In this document: piece after piece, positions 1-15,323 of the stretch
Layout of the letters: the number at the start of each line of letters is the position of its first letter
Numbering within the stretch: position 1 is the stretch's first letter
NCBI GenBank assembly: GCA_964247055.1
Contig: OZ176057.1
Location: forward strand, 1,116,001-1,180,000
DNA: 64,000 bases
Source: Paragordius varius
Taxonomy: Eukaryota; Animalia; Nematomorpha
Direction: 5' to 3'
Notes under the pieces: generated by a model
The model's database searches: none
What the model was told of the DNA's origin: nothing
What the model saw: the letters and a program-made list of their open reading frames with translations, nothing else
Position numbers and translations under genes: made by a program

Positions 1-1128
1 AGGACAAAACGTGTAAAAATATAAAGTCAAATACATTTTTTGTAAAAGACAACTATACTTTTTTATCTTGAATTAATTAATCTAAAACTCTTTGTTTGAA
101 ACTGCAAAGTATGAATAGAAATCTAATCTAGTAACATAATCTTTTAAATATTTTACGATTATTATTAAGTCAAGTTAATAGGATAAATTAAGTCTAGTTT
201 TTTGTAAAAAAAATAATTGTCTTTATATTTTCATTGTCCTTCAATTTTTACTGTATTTATAAATGAGGGAGCTATATATTTATTTACAAATGAAAAAGAT
301 ATCAATCCAAATAATAAGGTGAAAATAATTAATTTAAAAATTATATAATAATAACAAAATTTAACCAACAATTTTATAATATATCCTAATTTATAAATTA
401 TATTTAGGTTAATTTTTAACAAAAAAATATAGCATTTGTAAATATATTTTACACGAGAAAATATACCTTGCTAAAAAGGGTAAAATAGTTTTAGAAATTT
501 GAAATTTTTAAATTCGATTCGATACAATTTACAATTCATAATCACCCTAAAAATAAATAATGTGTTTTGGGGCAAATATAATTCATTATTAATATGTAAT
601 ATGTCTTTATGGTATAATTCATTATTTTTTCAATAATATATTGATTTTAAATAAAATTTTATGATTTAAATATACATAAAAATATAGACAACTTTTAATA
701 TCAAAAACATATAATTTATTTGAGGGTGAATTTGAATTGTAAATGGTATATTATATTTTGATATTCATATAAATTTTTATTTCAGAAATAAGAACTTTAT
801 ATGTAATGGGGTATAAAATCCTTAAACAATTCAATTCACCCTAAAAATAAATTATGTGTTTTCGAACTAATTAATTCATTAATAATGTGAAATATATCTT
901 TATGGCATAGTATTATTTCAATACTATTTTAAATTTAAATATAATTTCATTTAAAAAAAAATACAATCATAATAAATAGGTAATTTTAAATTTTTTAAAA
1001 ACACATAATTTATTTTAGGGTGAATTTGAATTGTTCAAGGGTGAATTCAAAGTGTAAATGATACATATATATATATATATATAATATTAATTGAGTCTTT
1101 AGTAGTTATTTTTTGTAAATTTTTTTAC

Positions 1129-4100
1129 CACATATATGAGACGGAGTTTTAGTTTCATAATTTTGTTGTTCATTTTCGGATTCGCTTGACAGTGGATGTT
1201 CAAATTTTTCTAATCAATTTTATTACAATAAAAAAAATTATATTTATATAAAATTTAAAATAATTTTCTATTAAATAAATAAATACCCCCTTTTTAAAAT
1301 AAGGTATGCTACATATAATTATTTAAAATTTTTACCAATTCTTTATTTTAGCTCTTTCTTATATTAAAAAGTCAATTTTAAACCACAAAAAAACATATTT
1401 TTTTCGAATTAAAATATAAATAATTCTACTAAGATTAAAAAAATATTCAATTTTAATTAATTTTTTTTAAAAAATATTTCTTAAAAATTATTTTATTTAC
1501 CATATCTTTTTGTATCAGGACCAGAAAAATTAGAAATACCATCAACGGCAACAGAAAATTTATTAATATATCTCACGAGAATGGTTAATAACTGAAGTGC
1601 CATATATAGAGTTATTGGTCTTAAATGATTCGTATTCATAACTAAAAAAATATAAAATAAAAAAAAATTAAAAAAAAGAAAATTAAATAATGATAATTAA
1701 ATAAAAACCTAATAACATGTTTTGCTTCTAAAGATTTGAAAAAAACATAAAATTTTATCTGCTTATATTATTTTTTACCAATCTGATTTTTCAATAACTT
1801 AAAATGGAAAAAAATTTAATTTTCTTTAATAAATTTATATTGAAATTAAAATAAAATTATTTATTTTAAAAATTATAACACACATATTTTTTTGATAAAT
1901 TTAAAGATCATACACATTGTTTTAAGTTTTTTTAATAAATTTGGGGTAAGTCCATATGGAATAAAAAGATGTAGATTGGTAATGCAACTAAATTACTGTT
2001 ATAAATTGTAAATTAAAAAAAGAATTAAATATAATTAGAGAAATTTTTCCCTTAAAAACTTTAAATAATACAAAAATCTTTATAATTTACCAGTACTTTA
2101 ATAAAGCTACTTTTTTTATGTGAAAATTCATAATTTTTTAAAAATAACTCATATGTGTACCATTACTAAATTATAGAATATTATTACCAATTAAAAATTT
2201 GTATTCCATACTCCAAGTTAAGTAAAAATTAAAATTTAAAAATATAGTTTTTTCAGAAAAAATTTCTATTTTTATCAAAATATAATTTAAAAAAAAATAA
2301 AAAAATTAAAATATTTGATAAAACCTATATGATATGCTATGAAAGTCTGTAAGGTTTGTAGAACATATATAAGGTTGGGATTTAAATTAGTTTTTTCATT
2401 TTGTGTGGCATATAATGGTAGGAAATTGAGCAATATATATTCATCTATGAAAAAATTAAAAATATATATAATTAAATAAAATTTTAAACAAAAAATAAAT
2501 TTTAAACTTTAAATGGATATTTTATACAAAATATAGTATTATATGAAAAATATATAGTTAAATTAAATAATTTTAAACAAAAAAATTTTAAAAAAAATGG
2601 ATATATTATAGAAATATAGGTAAAAAATATATATAATTAAATTAAATTTTAAATTATATATAAAAAATAAATATTCTATTCAAATAAAGTTAAAAATATA
2701 TGGAAAATATAAAATAAATATAAATTAAATAATTTTAAACTTTAAAAATTAAAAAAAAATGGATATTTTATTCAAATATATGAAATATATATATATAATT
2801 AAATAAAATATTAAGCAAAAAATTTAAAAAAATGGATATTTTATTCAAATGTATTTAAAAAAATATATATATTAAAATAAAATAATTTTAAATGATAAAA
2901 ATTAAAAACTTTAAAAAATGGAAATTATATTTAAATATAATTAAATATTATATATATATATATATAATTAAATTAAATAATTTTTAACAAAAAAAATGGA
3001 TATTTTATTTATCTATGAGATAATTTAAAAATATATATAATTAAATTAAATAATTTTAAACTTTAAAAATTAAAAAATATAAAAAAATCGGATATTTTAT
3101 ACAAAATATAGTAAATGTATAAACTAAAATTAAAACAAAAAATTAATGGATATTTTATTCAAATATATGAAATATATATATATATATAATTGAATAAATT
3201 TTAAAGAAAAATTAAAAAATTTAAAAAAATGGATATTTATAGAAATATAGGTAAAAAAGTATATAATAAAATTAAATTATAAACAAAAAACTAAAAAATG
3301 AAAAAAGCGTATTTTATTGAAATATGGTTAAAAATATATATAAATAAACTAAATTTTAAACAAAAAATTAGAAAAATGGATATTTTATAGAAATATAGGT
3401 AAAACATAAATAAAATTAAATAATAAACAAAAAACTTTTGAAAAAAATGGAAATTTTATAGAAAATATAGATAAAAATGTATATAATTAAATTAAATTAT
3501 AAACAAACTAAAAAAGAAAAATGTATATTTTATTGAAATATGGTTAAAAATATATTTAATTAAGATTTTTTATGCAAAAAATTTTAAAAAAATGGATATT
3601 TTTCGAAATATAGGTAAAAAATTATGAATAAATTAAATAAATAAATATAAAATAAACTTTTTAACATCCGAAATTGTAAACGACAATATTAAATATTAAA
3701 AGAGACAAAAAAAATTAAATATAAATTTTTTCCTTTAATAAATATTCAAAAAGAAAATAGATTTCTCAGAACCCATCAATAAAATAAGTATTTGTAATGA
3801 AAGTTTTTATTCTATAATGGTTAAAAACAGATAATTTTGATTTTTTTAATTATTATTTTATTCATTTCTTTAAATTTTTTTTCAAAAAAATCTTAATAAA
3901 TACCTGTAAACCAGGTGAGAAATAAATTTAAAACTAAATAAGCTTCTCTGTCACCATGGTAACGCACATAATATGGCGCCAAAAAATCACACAAGGTTCG
4001 GAAAACTAAACTAAAATAAAAAAATGTATATATTAAAAAATGTGTCAAATATTTATAAAAAATTATTTAAATACAGTAATTTTTGGGTTAAAATTTACCA

Positions 4101-7100
4101 TTTTCACTTCAAGAGTGTCTTTAAACACTTCAAGTTGGTCCTTAAATTATTTAAGTTTAAATTAAATCATAATTTTGCCTGTATTTTTTTAATTTAAACA
4201 TTTATAACCCACATTTCATTAATTATTGAATATTTATTCATTTCAATTATTAATTTTATGTTTAAAACTCAACAATATTGAAATATATAAATTTTTAATC
4301 TAAAATTTACAATTTATAACCAAGAAAACAAAAAAACATATAATTTTTCAATTACTATATAAAATCTTAGTAAAATAAATATATTAATAAGAAATAATTA
4401 AATACGCTGAATGATAAACAATTAATATTGAGTTAATGTTTATAATAAAGAAAATAGGTTATGAAAAAAAAGGAATAATTATACGTAATTTGATTGATAA
4501 AAGTTAAAAACCAACTTAAAATGTTCAAGGACCAAATAGAAAAGTTCAAGGACCAACTTGAAGTGTTCAAGTACCAACTTGAAGTGTTCAGGAACCAATT
4601 TTAAATAGTTCAAGGACCAACTTGAAGTGTTTAAGTATTAACTTTAAATGTTTTAGGACCAACTTAAAATGTTCAAGGACCAACTTAAAGTGTTCAAAGG
4701 GACTCTTAAAGTCCAAAATGGTATATTACAAAATAATGGTTCTTACCTTCTTAAAACAATGTTTGGATTTATGTTTTACTTATAAAAATGATTTTTGAAT
4801 AAATTTCCTAGGTTACTTAATATTTAAATAAAATTGGAAATTAAATAAAATTTTTACCTAATTTCATTATATTAATTATCATTTTAAAAAAATTTCATTT
4901 AAAACAACTGGATACAGCTTTAAAAACAAAACAGTTTTTGGAGACCGTATATATTTTTATTAGTATTTTATGATTTTGAAAAGATGGCCATATACCATAT
5001 ATCCATCCAAAAGTAAATATTTAAAAAACTACATTTTGGACCAATATTTGAATATTTTCAAAAAAGCAATTATATATATATACGATTTTTTTAGTCAAAC
5101 TCATCGTTTTTTCAAGCAACTTTTTCAAAAAAAACGCAAAAATTTAAGCAAACTCATCATTTTTTCAAGAAAACGCAACATTATTTCAAGCAAACTCAAC
5201 ATTTTTTCAAGCAAAAGCAACTTTTTTGCAGTTTTTGCCTTTGAGCTGGAAATAATGTGTTACTTTTGATTGAAAAATGGTATAGATAAAATTTTTACAA
5301 AAAATTCCAATTATTAAAAACACAATAATACCTTGTTGTATCCTTGGGATCATTATAATTTGATGAGTACATTTGACTATCAGAGGAGGACTGTAATGGT
5401 TCTTAATGATAGAAAAAAAATATAAAGTTAAATTTTCAGACTTAAAAACCTAAATTTTTCAATTTTAAACCTTAATTCAAGTGTGTGCTGTTAATATAAT
5501 CTCTATTATAAAAACTTTACAGTTATCAGTTAATAAGGGATAAATTAAGATTTAAAAGTATTGTGTTGTTTTTAAAAACTAATATTTTTCTTTATTATTT
5601 AAAAAGATAACGCGATACTTTTTAAACCTTAATGTAATATAGTCTCTATTTAAAAAAATTTGCAGTTTGAAACAATCAGTTATATAAGGGAATAATTAAA
5701 TTTTAAAAAAGTATGATACTATCTTTTAGAAAAACAATATTTGTCATAATATTTTTACCTTTTGTCCGTATAATTTCAATTTTTAATATATTACCATTAA
5801 TAATCACCCTCGAACAATTCAAATTCACCCTCAAATAATATACAAGTATTTAAGTTTAAAAATTACCTATTACGTATATTTTAAAAATAAAAATTTTGTT
5901 TTAAATGAAAATCATACTTGAAAAATAATAATCTATGCCATAAAAACAAACATATATTTCATATTAATAATGAGTTATATTAGTTTCAAAACACACATAA
6001 TTTATTTCAAGGGTGAATTTGAATTGTTCAAGGGTGAATTTGAATTGTTCAAGGGGGAATTTGAATTGTTCAAGGGTGATTTTGAACTCAAACTGTAAAT
6101 GGTTTATAAAAAATATAAAAAATAAAATATACCTTGAAAATTGGTTGTTAATTTTAACATTTCACGACTCAACATGTCATCTGCCATGGGACAACAAATT
6201 GATTCAAGTAAATCTTGATTGTGAATTTTTGAATTCAAAGATGTATTCCTTAAATCATCCTGGCTAGTATTTTCAGATTTTTTTAAATCAAAAGTTTCAA
6301 AAACTTTCTTTTGAAACTTAGAATTATTTTGAGTTTGTGAACAACACCAAAATGTTGGACAATAATCGTAATTCAAATTAATATCCGCCTTTTTTTTCTG
6401 GTCTACTAGTACTAAATTTGGCCCAGAATCAAAGATTAGTTGTAATAATTGATGAGTAATTATTGTTGAGTTACATTGTTGTTGATCGGATTTAAACCAT
6501 AAAATGTTAAAGGTTAAATTTAACAAATACAAGGTGAGATAGGGTGAAATTATACCATTAAAATTACAGTTGATACATGGTTGATGTTGTTTTTTACGAT
6601 TATTGATGATATTATTATCATTGGAATTATTAGAGTGCGTATAGTCTGAATTTAATTCCTATATATGCCAAAACAAAAAAAATAATATGAAAAAATTAAG
6701 GTTTAAGTTTAAAACGCGAACAAAATATAGTTGTTAAATGTAATTGTATATAAATTATAAAATAGTGGTATATCAAGAATAAGAATATAATTATATTTAT
6801 ATATACCTTAAACAATTCGAATTCTCCCTTGAACAATTCAAATTCACCCTTAAACAATTCAAATTCAGTCTTGAAATATTCAAATTACTAGAAATAAATT
6901 ATTGTTTTGGGGCTAATATATCTTTATGACATAGTGTTTATTTTTTTTTCTTGAGTTATTATAAAACAAAATTTCATTTTATGAATATAACAAAAAATAT
7001 AAATATTAATTTTTTATAATCTTATAAAACACATAATGATTTGAATTTGAATTGCTTGAAGTGTAAATGGTTTATATATATAATGATTTTTCCAAATATT

Positions 7101-8543
7101 TAAACTAAAACAAAATCTTACAAATCCACTCACGTTTATTTTATTGATGATAGATGTTGGATTTTGAAATTCATCATTAAAATTGAATTTATCTTTTGTT
7201 TCGGTTAATCTTTCTTTATGACATCTACTTAATGGTTGAATAAACCAAGGCACATATATATTATTGAGTAAAATTTCACACAATAAACTACCAATGTGTA
7301 ACGTATAATAATTTTGTAAATTTTGTAAATTTTGTGGATTTTGATTTTGATCTTGGAATGATTCCTTTTGATTAGTTATTTTTTCAGATGGTTGATTTAA
7401 ATTACAACATTGTAAAATATCAGCAATGTATTGCAATTTATCACAATGTTGCGTAATTTGATCATTGAATTGATTGAATAATACATCTAACCTAAAAACA
7501 AAAATATGTGTTTTTTAAAAAAAATTTTAAACAAAAAACCACGTAAAAATTAAAGTATAAATCTTATCAATAGTCAAAATAGAATAAATGTTAATATTTT
7601 ATTACATGAATTGTTTATGTGTATAAATTTAAATATATTTAAATAAATCTAAATATTTTATCAACACAATCAAAATTTTATCCAGATAATTTAAATTGAC
7701 CCTTAAATGATTCAAATCCCTAAAAATAAATTATGTGTTTACGAAAGCTAATATACCTCATCACGTTTAATATATGAAATATTTCTTTATTCCATAGTTT
7801 ATTTTTTATGTTAAACAAAATTTTATTGTATAAAATTATGAAAATATATATAATTATTAATCTTAAAGAACACATAATTTATTTTAGCGTGAATATTTCA
7901 ATTGTTCGAATTAATTTTTACAAGTTACAGTAAAAATGGGAATTATACGGACCAAACGTAACTATATAAAGACAAATATTTGTTTTCTTAAAAAAAGACA
8001 ACCTCAATCTTTTAAAACCCTTACTTTTTTACCAAAAAAATATATTGAATTAAAATATCAAATCAGAAATTTTAAAAATTAATATCTCCCCCTGTTTAGA
8101 AACAATTTTAGTAATTTATCTGAAAGAAAAAAGAAATTAAAAAAAGTATATGATTGTATTTTAGAAAAAAAATTTTTTGTCTTTATATAGTTACGTTTTT
8201 TCCGTTTAATTCCCATATTTACACTGTATATTCTATATATATACCATTTACAGTTCAAATTCACCCTTGAACAATTCAATTCACCCTTGAACAGTTCAAA
8301 TTCACCCTTGAACAATTCAATTCACCCTTGAACAGTTCAAATTCACCCTTGAACAAAATTTAAATTCACTCTAAAAATATGTTATGTGTTTTCGGGCTAA
8401 TATAACTCATTATTAAAACGAAACACAAATGAAATTTCATTCTTTTATATAAAATAAAATATAGGTAATTTTGGAATCTTAAAAAACATGTAATTTATTT
8501 TGGGGTGAATTTGATTTTTGAAATGGGAAATTTGATAGTATAT

Positions 8544-8580
<37 letters not shown>

Positions 8581-11500
8581 TATATATAGATAAATTGACT
8601 ATCTCATGCAAGTTTTAATTAATTTATGTCATAAATATGTTTAGTCTCAAAACCTAAAACTATAAAAAACCTTTTTTTTTGAAAATGGTTAGATATTACA
8701 ATGTTTGAAATTTAATTTTTATATATATTAAAATGATTTTGAAGGTATACTTTGATTTTTTGATAAGTATATCGATTTGATGTGAATCAAGAATAATTTG
8801 GTTGGACAAAGGTGTAGTATTCGATATGGGGGCAATATTTTTGAAGCTTTTGTCAGCAATATTTTGCATTAAAAGTTTTAATTGATGGTTATTTGGATTT
8901 TGCGATGTAGTACTGCTAATTAATATATATATATATATATATATATTTCATTTACAATTCAAAATAGCTCTAAAACAATTCAAATTTACTCTTGAACAAT
9001 TCAATTTCACCCTTAAATAATTCAATTTTACCCTTAAATAATTCAAATTCACCCTTAAACAATTCAAATTCACCCTTGAACAATTCAAAATTTACCCTTT
9101 AATGATTCAAATTCACCCTTAAACAAAACAAAATCACCCTTGAACAATAATAAATCACCCTTAAACAATTCAAAATCACCCTGGAACAATTGAAATTCAC
9201 TCTTGAACAATTCGAATTCATCTTTGAACAATTAAACTTGAAAAATTCAAATTCACCCTTAAACAATATTCAAACTCACCCTTAAACAATTCAAATTCAC
9301 CCTTAAACAATTCAAATTCACCCTTGAACAATTCAAATTCACCCTTGAACAATTCGAATTCATCTTTGAACAATTAAACTTGAAAAAATCAAATTCACCC
9401 TTAAACAATTCAAATTCACCCTTGAACAACTCAAATTTACCCTTTAATGATTCAAATTCACCCTTAAACAAAACAAAATCACCCTTGAACAATATTAAAA
9501 TCACCCTTAAACAATTCAAAATCACCCTGGAACAATTGAAATTTACTCTTGAACAATTAAAAATTTACCCTTTAATGATTCAAATTCACCCTTAAACAAA
9601 ACAAAATCACCCTTGAACAATATTAAAATCACCCTTAAACAATTCAAAATCACCCTGGAACAATTGAAATTCACTCTTGAACAATTCGAATTCTCCTTTG
9701 AACAATTAAACTTGAAAAATTCAAATTCACCCTTGAACAATATTCAAACTCACCCTTAAACAATTCAAATTCACCCTTAACAATTCAAATTCACCCTTGA
9801 ACAATTCAAATTCATCCTACCGGAAAAATAATAAAGTATGCCATAAGAATATATTTCTTCGTATTAACACTTCGATTCAAATTGGGGTATCTAAATACCC
9901 CAGACTAAACTTGAATTAGAACTTTGAATAAATTACTGAAGGAAACGGTCTTAATTTAAATTATGCTTCTATCCTAAATAAAATTATATAAATATGCCAA
10001 AATAGCTAAATAAAATTTTCTTTTAAAAAAAATTCCATGTCAAATTGCTTCGACGCCATTTTTATTTTACAAATTATTTGCAAAATATCGTCTTAACTTA
10101 ATTTTAAGGGTAAAATTAATGCTAATTTTTTATTTAATTTACATCTAGAGAAATAAAAAGAGCGGTTTATTTTGTATTAATTTGAATTTTACCATTGCAC
10201 ACATGTCACGTTGACTAAATTTTTACCTTTCGGTTTTAGCTTAAAATAAATATCAAGTATTTATGAATAAAACTTTTTTTACATATTTCGGTTTATAAAT
10301 GTTATAAAGTGCAAATTATTGCCATGGTTTCGTCTCCTTCCATATTTTTAAAAGAATTTAATAATTTCAAACAGGCCTGGGGTATTTAACTGGATTATAA
10401 TGAATATACCATTTACAGGTCAAATTCACCCTCGAACAATTCAAATTCACCCTTGAATAATTCAAATTCACCCTGAAAATAAATTATGTATTTTCGAACT
10501 AATATAACTCATTATTAATGAGAAATATATCTTTATGGCATATTTATTTATTTTTTCCGTATTATTATTTAAATCAAAATTTGTATTTTTTAAAAATATA
10601 TGGAAAAATTTTGGTATTTTTTAATCTCAAAAAAACATATATTTTATTTGAGGGTAAATTCGAATTGTTCAAGGGTGAATTTGAATTGTTCAAGGGTGAA
10701 TTTGAATTGTTCAAGGGTGATTTAAATTGTTCAAGGGTTAATTTTAAATTGTTTAAGAGTGAATTTGAATTGTTCGAGGGTGAATTTAAATTGTTTAAGG
10801 GTGAATTTAAATTGTTCAAGGGTGAATTTAAATTGTTCAAGGGTGAATTTGAATTGTTCAAGGGTGAATTTATATTGTAAATGGTATATATTTCTTCGTA
10901 GATTTATAATTATCAGTTATATAATTTAATCCAGGAAACTTATAATTTATTTTTAGAGGTAATATGAATTGTTTATGGTAGAAAAAAATTGATGAAAGAC
11001 ATTCAAATTCGAGATATATTATACCTCGAAAGGATAGTATTATTTTATATTATTTTTAACTATAAATCACTTAATTATTGGATAAAATATATATATATAT
11101 ATTATATATATATTTTAAAAATTAAAAAAAAGGTTCTGGTTGTATACAATTAATCCCTTAAAACAATGTACAACAATAAAATTTTTATGTCACTAAAATT
11201 TATTAGATATAAGCCATCTATATATCTATCTCTCCATTTCCCAATTTACAAAGAAAAAAATAATAGAATTGCCAAAAAAAGAAAAATACCATTGAATTTA
11301 AAGTTAAAGTAATAGTAATCATTTAAAAATTATTAAAATAAGATATATATAAGGTTGATTGAATAGGTCAAATAAGTAAAAAAAAAGAGACAAATATTAT
11401 TTCTCATATATTTTTTTAAAACCTATTTATTGCAAAACATAAAAAAAAAATTTAATTGGTATTTGAATTCATTTATCTAAATAAATATTTTTTTTTTGAT

Positions 11501-13916
11501 TAAAAAGGGAATATTAATTTAAAAAAGTATGGTTGGATATCTTTTGAAAAAATCTTTGTGTTTGAATTTTATGTTTTTTGTCCATGGTAAAATTTTTAAT
11601 TTTTACTGTATAATTAATTACATTTTAACGTTTCTATTGGTATTTGGATTATATTAAAATGATGAGTTAGTTAAATTTAAAAAATTAGGACTTCAATAAT
11701 ATCATCCTAATTTTCGTCGAAAATTGTTTTTAAATAAAATAAATTTTCTCCATGTAAATTTTACTCTAATATATATATATATATATATATAGCTTTTGAA
11801 ATAATATTAATTTTAGTCAAAAAAAATAATTTTTTAAACCATAGTAATATCAATATAAACATTAAATTTTAAATATTATCTATAAAATTTTGTATAAAAA
11901 ACGTGCAAACTATAACTTTATAAAACAATATATGTATGTAAAAAAATTTAACCTAAATAAAACTTGTAGAGCTATCTCATGTAATTTAACAAAAAAATTT
12001 TTTTAAATATTTATCATTAGAAACCGCTCTTTTTTTCTTTATAATTAAGGGAAAATCTAAAATCTAATTATTTTCAAAAGTACAAGCCGTAAAAGTAAAT
12101 TTTTTTAATTTAAAAGAATATTATTAAGTTTGCTGGATAGAAATATTACTATATTTTTATTATAATAAATTAAAATCCTACTAGAGTGTCACACCTAAGT
12201 CATAATATAAAAAAAGTAATAAATTCATAAAATTTAAAACTAAAAACATTTCATTCTTAAATTACCCTTGAATGATTCAAAAATACCCTAAAATTAATTA
12301 TTTAAGATTAATCACCTAAATTTTTGATATATTTTTTAAAAAAATGAAATTATAATTTAAAAATAATAATATTAAAACAAAAAACTATGTCCTAAAGATA
12401 TATTTCATTTCTTATTAATAATGAGTTATATTATTGCAAAAACATATAATTTATTTTTAGGGTAATGAATTTGAAGTATTGTTAAAAAATATTGTTCTAG
12501 GGTAAATTTAAAGTATTATTCAAGGGAGAATTTAAATTTAAATTGTTCAAGGGTGAATTTGAATTGAATAGTAATAGTATCATAAATATATATATATATA
12601 TATATATATAAAGTTTCAAACTTTAAATTATTTGCTGTGATTGGTAGAGTTGATTGTTGAATAATTGAAATTTCTTTCGTAATAAGCCTCAGGGTTGTTT
12701 TAAGAGCTAAAATTGAATGTTCTATTTCAGTGGACAAATCAAAGAAAAAAGATGCTGAATGCCGACATATTTGATAACTGGCTAATATATCTTGAACTAT
12801 AATTATTTATATATATATATATATATATATCATTTACAATTCAAATTTACCCTCGAACAATTCAAATTAACCCTTGAACAATTCAAATTCACCCTAAAAA
12901 TAAATTATGAAATTTCGGTCTAATATAACTCATCATTAAGTTTAAATATATTATTATGGCAAAGTTTATTATTTTTCAGTATTTTTGATTACATACAAAG
13001 TTTCTTTTTTTAAAAAATATAAAAAATACGTTCTTAATAAACACATGATTTATTTTAGAGTGAATTTGAATTGTTTAAGGGTGAATTTGAACTGTAAATG
13101 GTATATATATTGTTTATACAGTAAAAATTGAAATTATACGGACGAACGTATTTATATATAAAACATATACAGTAGAGTATGGAGTAAAACAATATTAATC
13201 CATACAAGAATATTTCTAAAAAAACACGGGGATATTATAGATATGTGTATATGCAACTAGGATTGTGTTTTTTTAAAAAAAACATTGCTTTACTCTTTTA
13301 TGGACTAAGATTGTTTTATGCCATACGCTACTGTAAAGACAAACATATTTTTTTTTCTTCTAATAAGATAATAATCATAAGTTTTTAAATCTTGATTTAG
13401 TAAAACCAAAACATATGGTTTAAAAAAAATTGCAAAGTATTTGGTAACGTAATTAATCAGATATTTGCCGATTTTTATTAGTTAAATAGTTTATAGGGGA
13501 AAAATAAGAGTTTACAAAACAGATTTATAATTTTTGAACAAAATTATACGTATAAAACGTATGAAAAATATAAAGACAAATATTTTTTTTTCCAACTTTA
13601 AATAAATATATTCCTGTAAAATAATATTTAAAAATAAAACTGTTTTAAAATATGATTGGGGGGCGAAAAAAAATTCTCAAGATTTGGAACATATATGTTT
13701 TTTACAATAACACTATATTTTCATTTGGTTTAAAATACAGAAAAAAAACTAAGATTTCGATTATATACTAAAGTAAAAGAGTTTTACAGTAAAAACTCAA
13801 ATTATACGGACAAAACCTAAAAATATAAAGACAAATATTTTTTTAAAAGTCAAACATACTTTTTTGATTTTTTTACAATATAATTCTATGTTTGAAATGG
13901 TAAAGTGTGTGAAATA

Positions 13917-13959
<43 letters not shown>

Positions 13960-15280
13960 CTAAAACAATCAATTCTATATCATATAATTGTAACTAAATA
14001 GCTTATGTGGGAAAAATTAAGGTTTAAAAAAATATGGTTGTTTTTCTTTTGGATAAAAATGTTTGTCTTTATATTTTTACGTTTTGTCCATCCGTATAAT
14101 TTCAATTTTACCCGTATTTACATCTAAACATATATTAGGGTAAATAATTATCCATTATAATATGTTTCTTTATAAAGTTTAAAAAAAGATTTTTTATATA
14201 TCTTTAATTGTTTTTTTTCCCTTATCAGAAAGGCTTCGCGGGCTGGCATTTAAAATTTATATGTGGGTATCCATGTCTAAATTTTTAGTTTTTCAAACAA
14301 AAGACATGTTAAAAGGAAAAGGCATATAACAACTTTTTCTCGTTTCTGCTATTTTTGAATAGACTTATTTCTGAAAAAATTTCTGTCAAAGATATATCAT
14401 TTACAGTTCGAATTCAACCTTAAACAATTCAAATTCACCCCCTTGAACAATTTGAATTCACCCTTAAGATTAATTACCTCTTTATTGTTTTAATATTTTT
14501 AAAATAAATGTGAAATTCTGTTTAACATTAAAGAAAATGCTGAAAAAAATAATAATACTATGTAGTAACAATTTATTTCATATCACAATTATAAGTTAGT
14601 TATAGATTAGCCCGAAAAAATATTAATTTATTTTTAGGGTTAATTTGAATTGTTTGAGGGTGAATAATTTGAATTGGGTGAATACAAATTGCAAATGGTA
14701 TATATCACTGTGAGGATATTTTTGCAAATTATATTTGCCAAAACATAATTTAAATTTTATATTCGTTTACAATCTTTTATTAACAATATGTGTCAATGAA
14801 AATAATATTTTTTTAGAAGGATTTGATTTGACTTAATTAAAATTTAGTAATTTGTAAGCCATAAAATCTCTTAAGTTTGTAAGAACGCCAAATAAAATGT
14901 AAAACATTCAATTAAAATAATATTTTCTAGGGACAAAACATATAAATTCAAGTAAAAACCATATTTTTAAGACTTAATTTTTACGTAATTTTTTCAAAAT
15001 AAGTTTTGGCCATGTCAAGTTTTATATATTATAAAGAAAATATGGTTTTTTCGTATGCTTAAAAATCTTATATTTTTATTACGCTTGATTTTTTACCTTT
15101 TAAAAAATATTTAGAAAAATTGCAAATAAAATTTAGAAATTAAAAACAAAAAAAACTTGAATAAATGTTGAGTGTTATCGTTTGTACTGCAATCTTAACC
15201 ATAGTTTCTCGGTTTTTATAAAATTTAATAGCTTGGGTATACAATGGAAATTCACTTGAATGCTATAATATATATTAAAT

Positions 15281-15323
<43 letters not shown>

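Noticed and set aside
231-422. 63-aa minus-strand ORF as the next CLEC16A exon
   Set aside because: Its phase is compatible but I see no recognisable CLEC16A motif, the composition is AT-driven, and it runs into a family D MITE end.
8945-9820. CRISPR-like appearance of the regular 21/22-bp repeats
   Set aside because: The units are directly adjacent with no unique spacers, there are no cas genes, and the context is eukaryotic.
9259-10880. ORFs such as [26 protein letters not shown] and [10 protein letters not shown] (also 6013-6267, 8079-8315, 15252-15632, 42027-42209)
   Set aside because: Translations of the stop-poor 21-bp (7-codon) repeat of family C elements, lying within introns.
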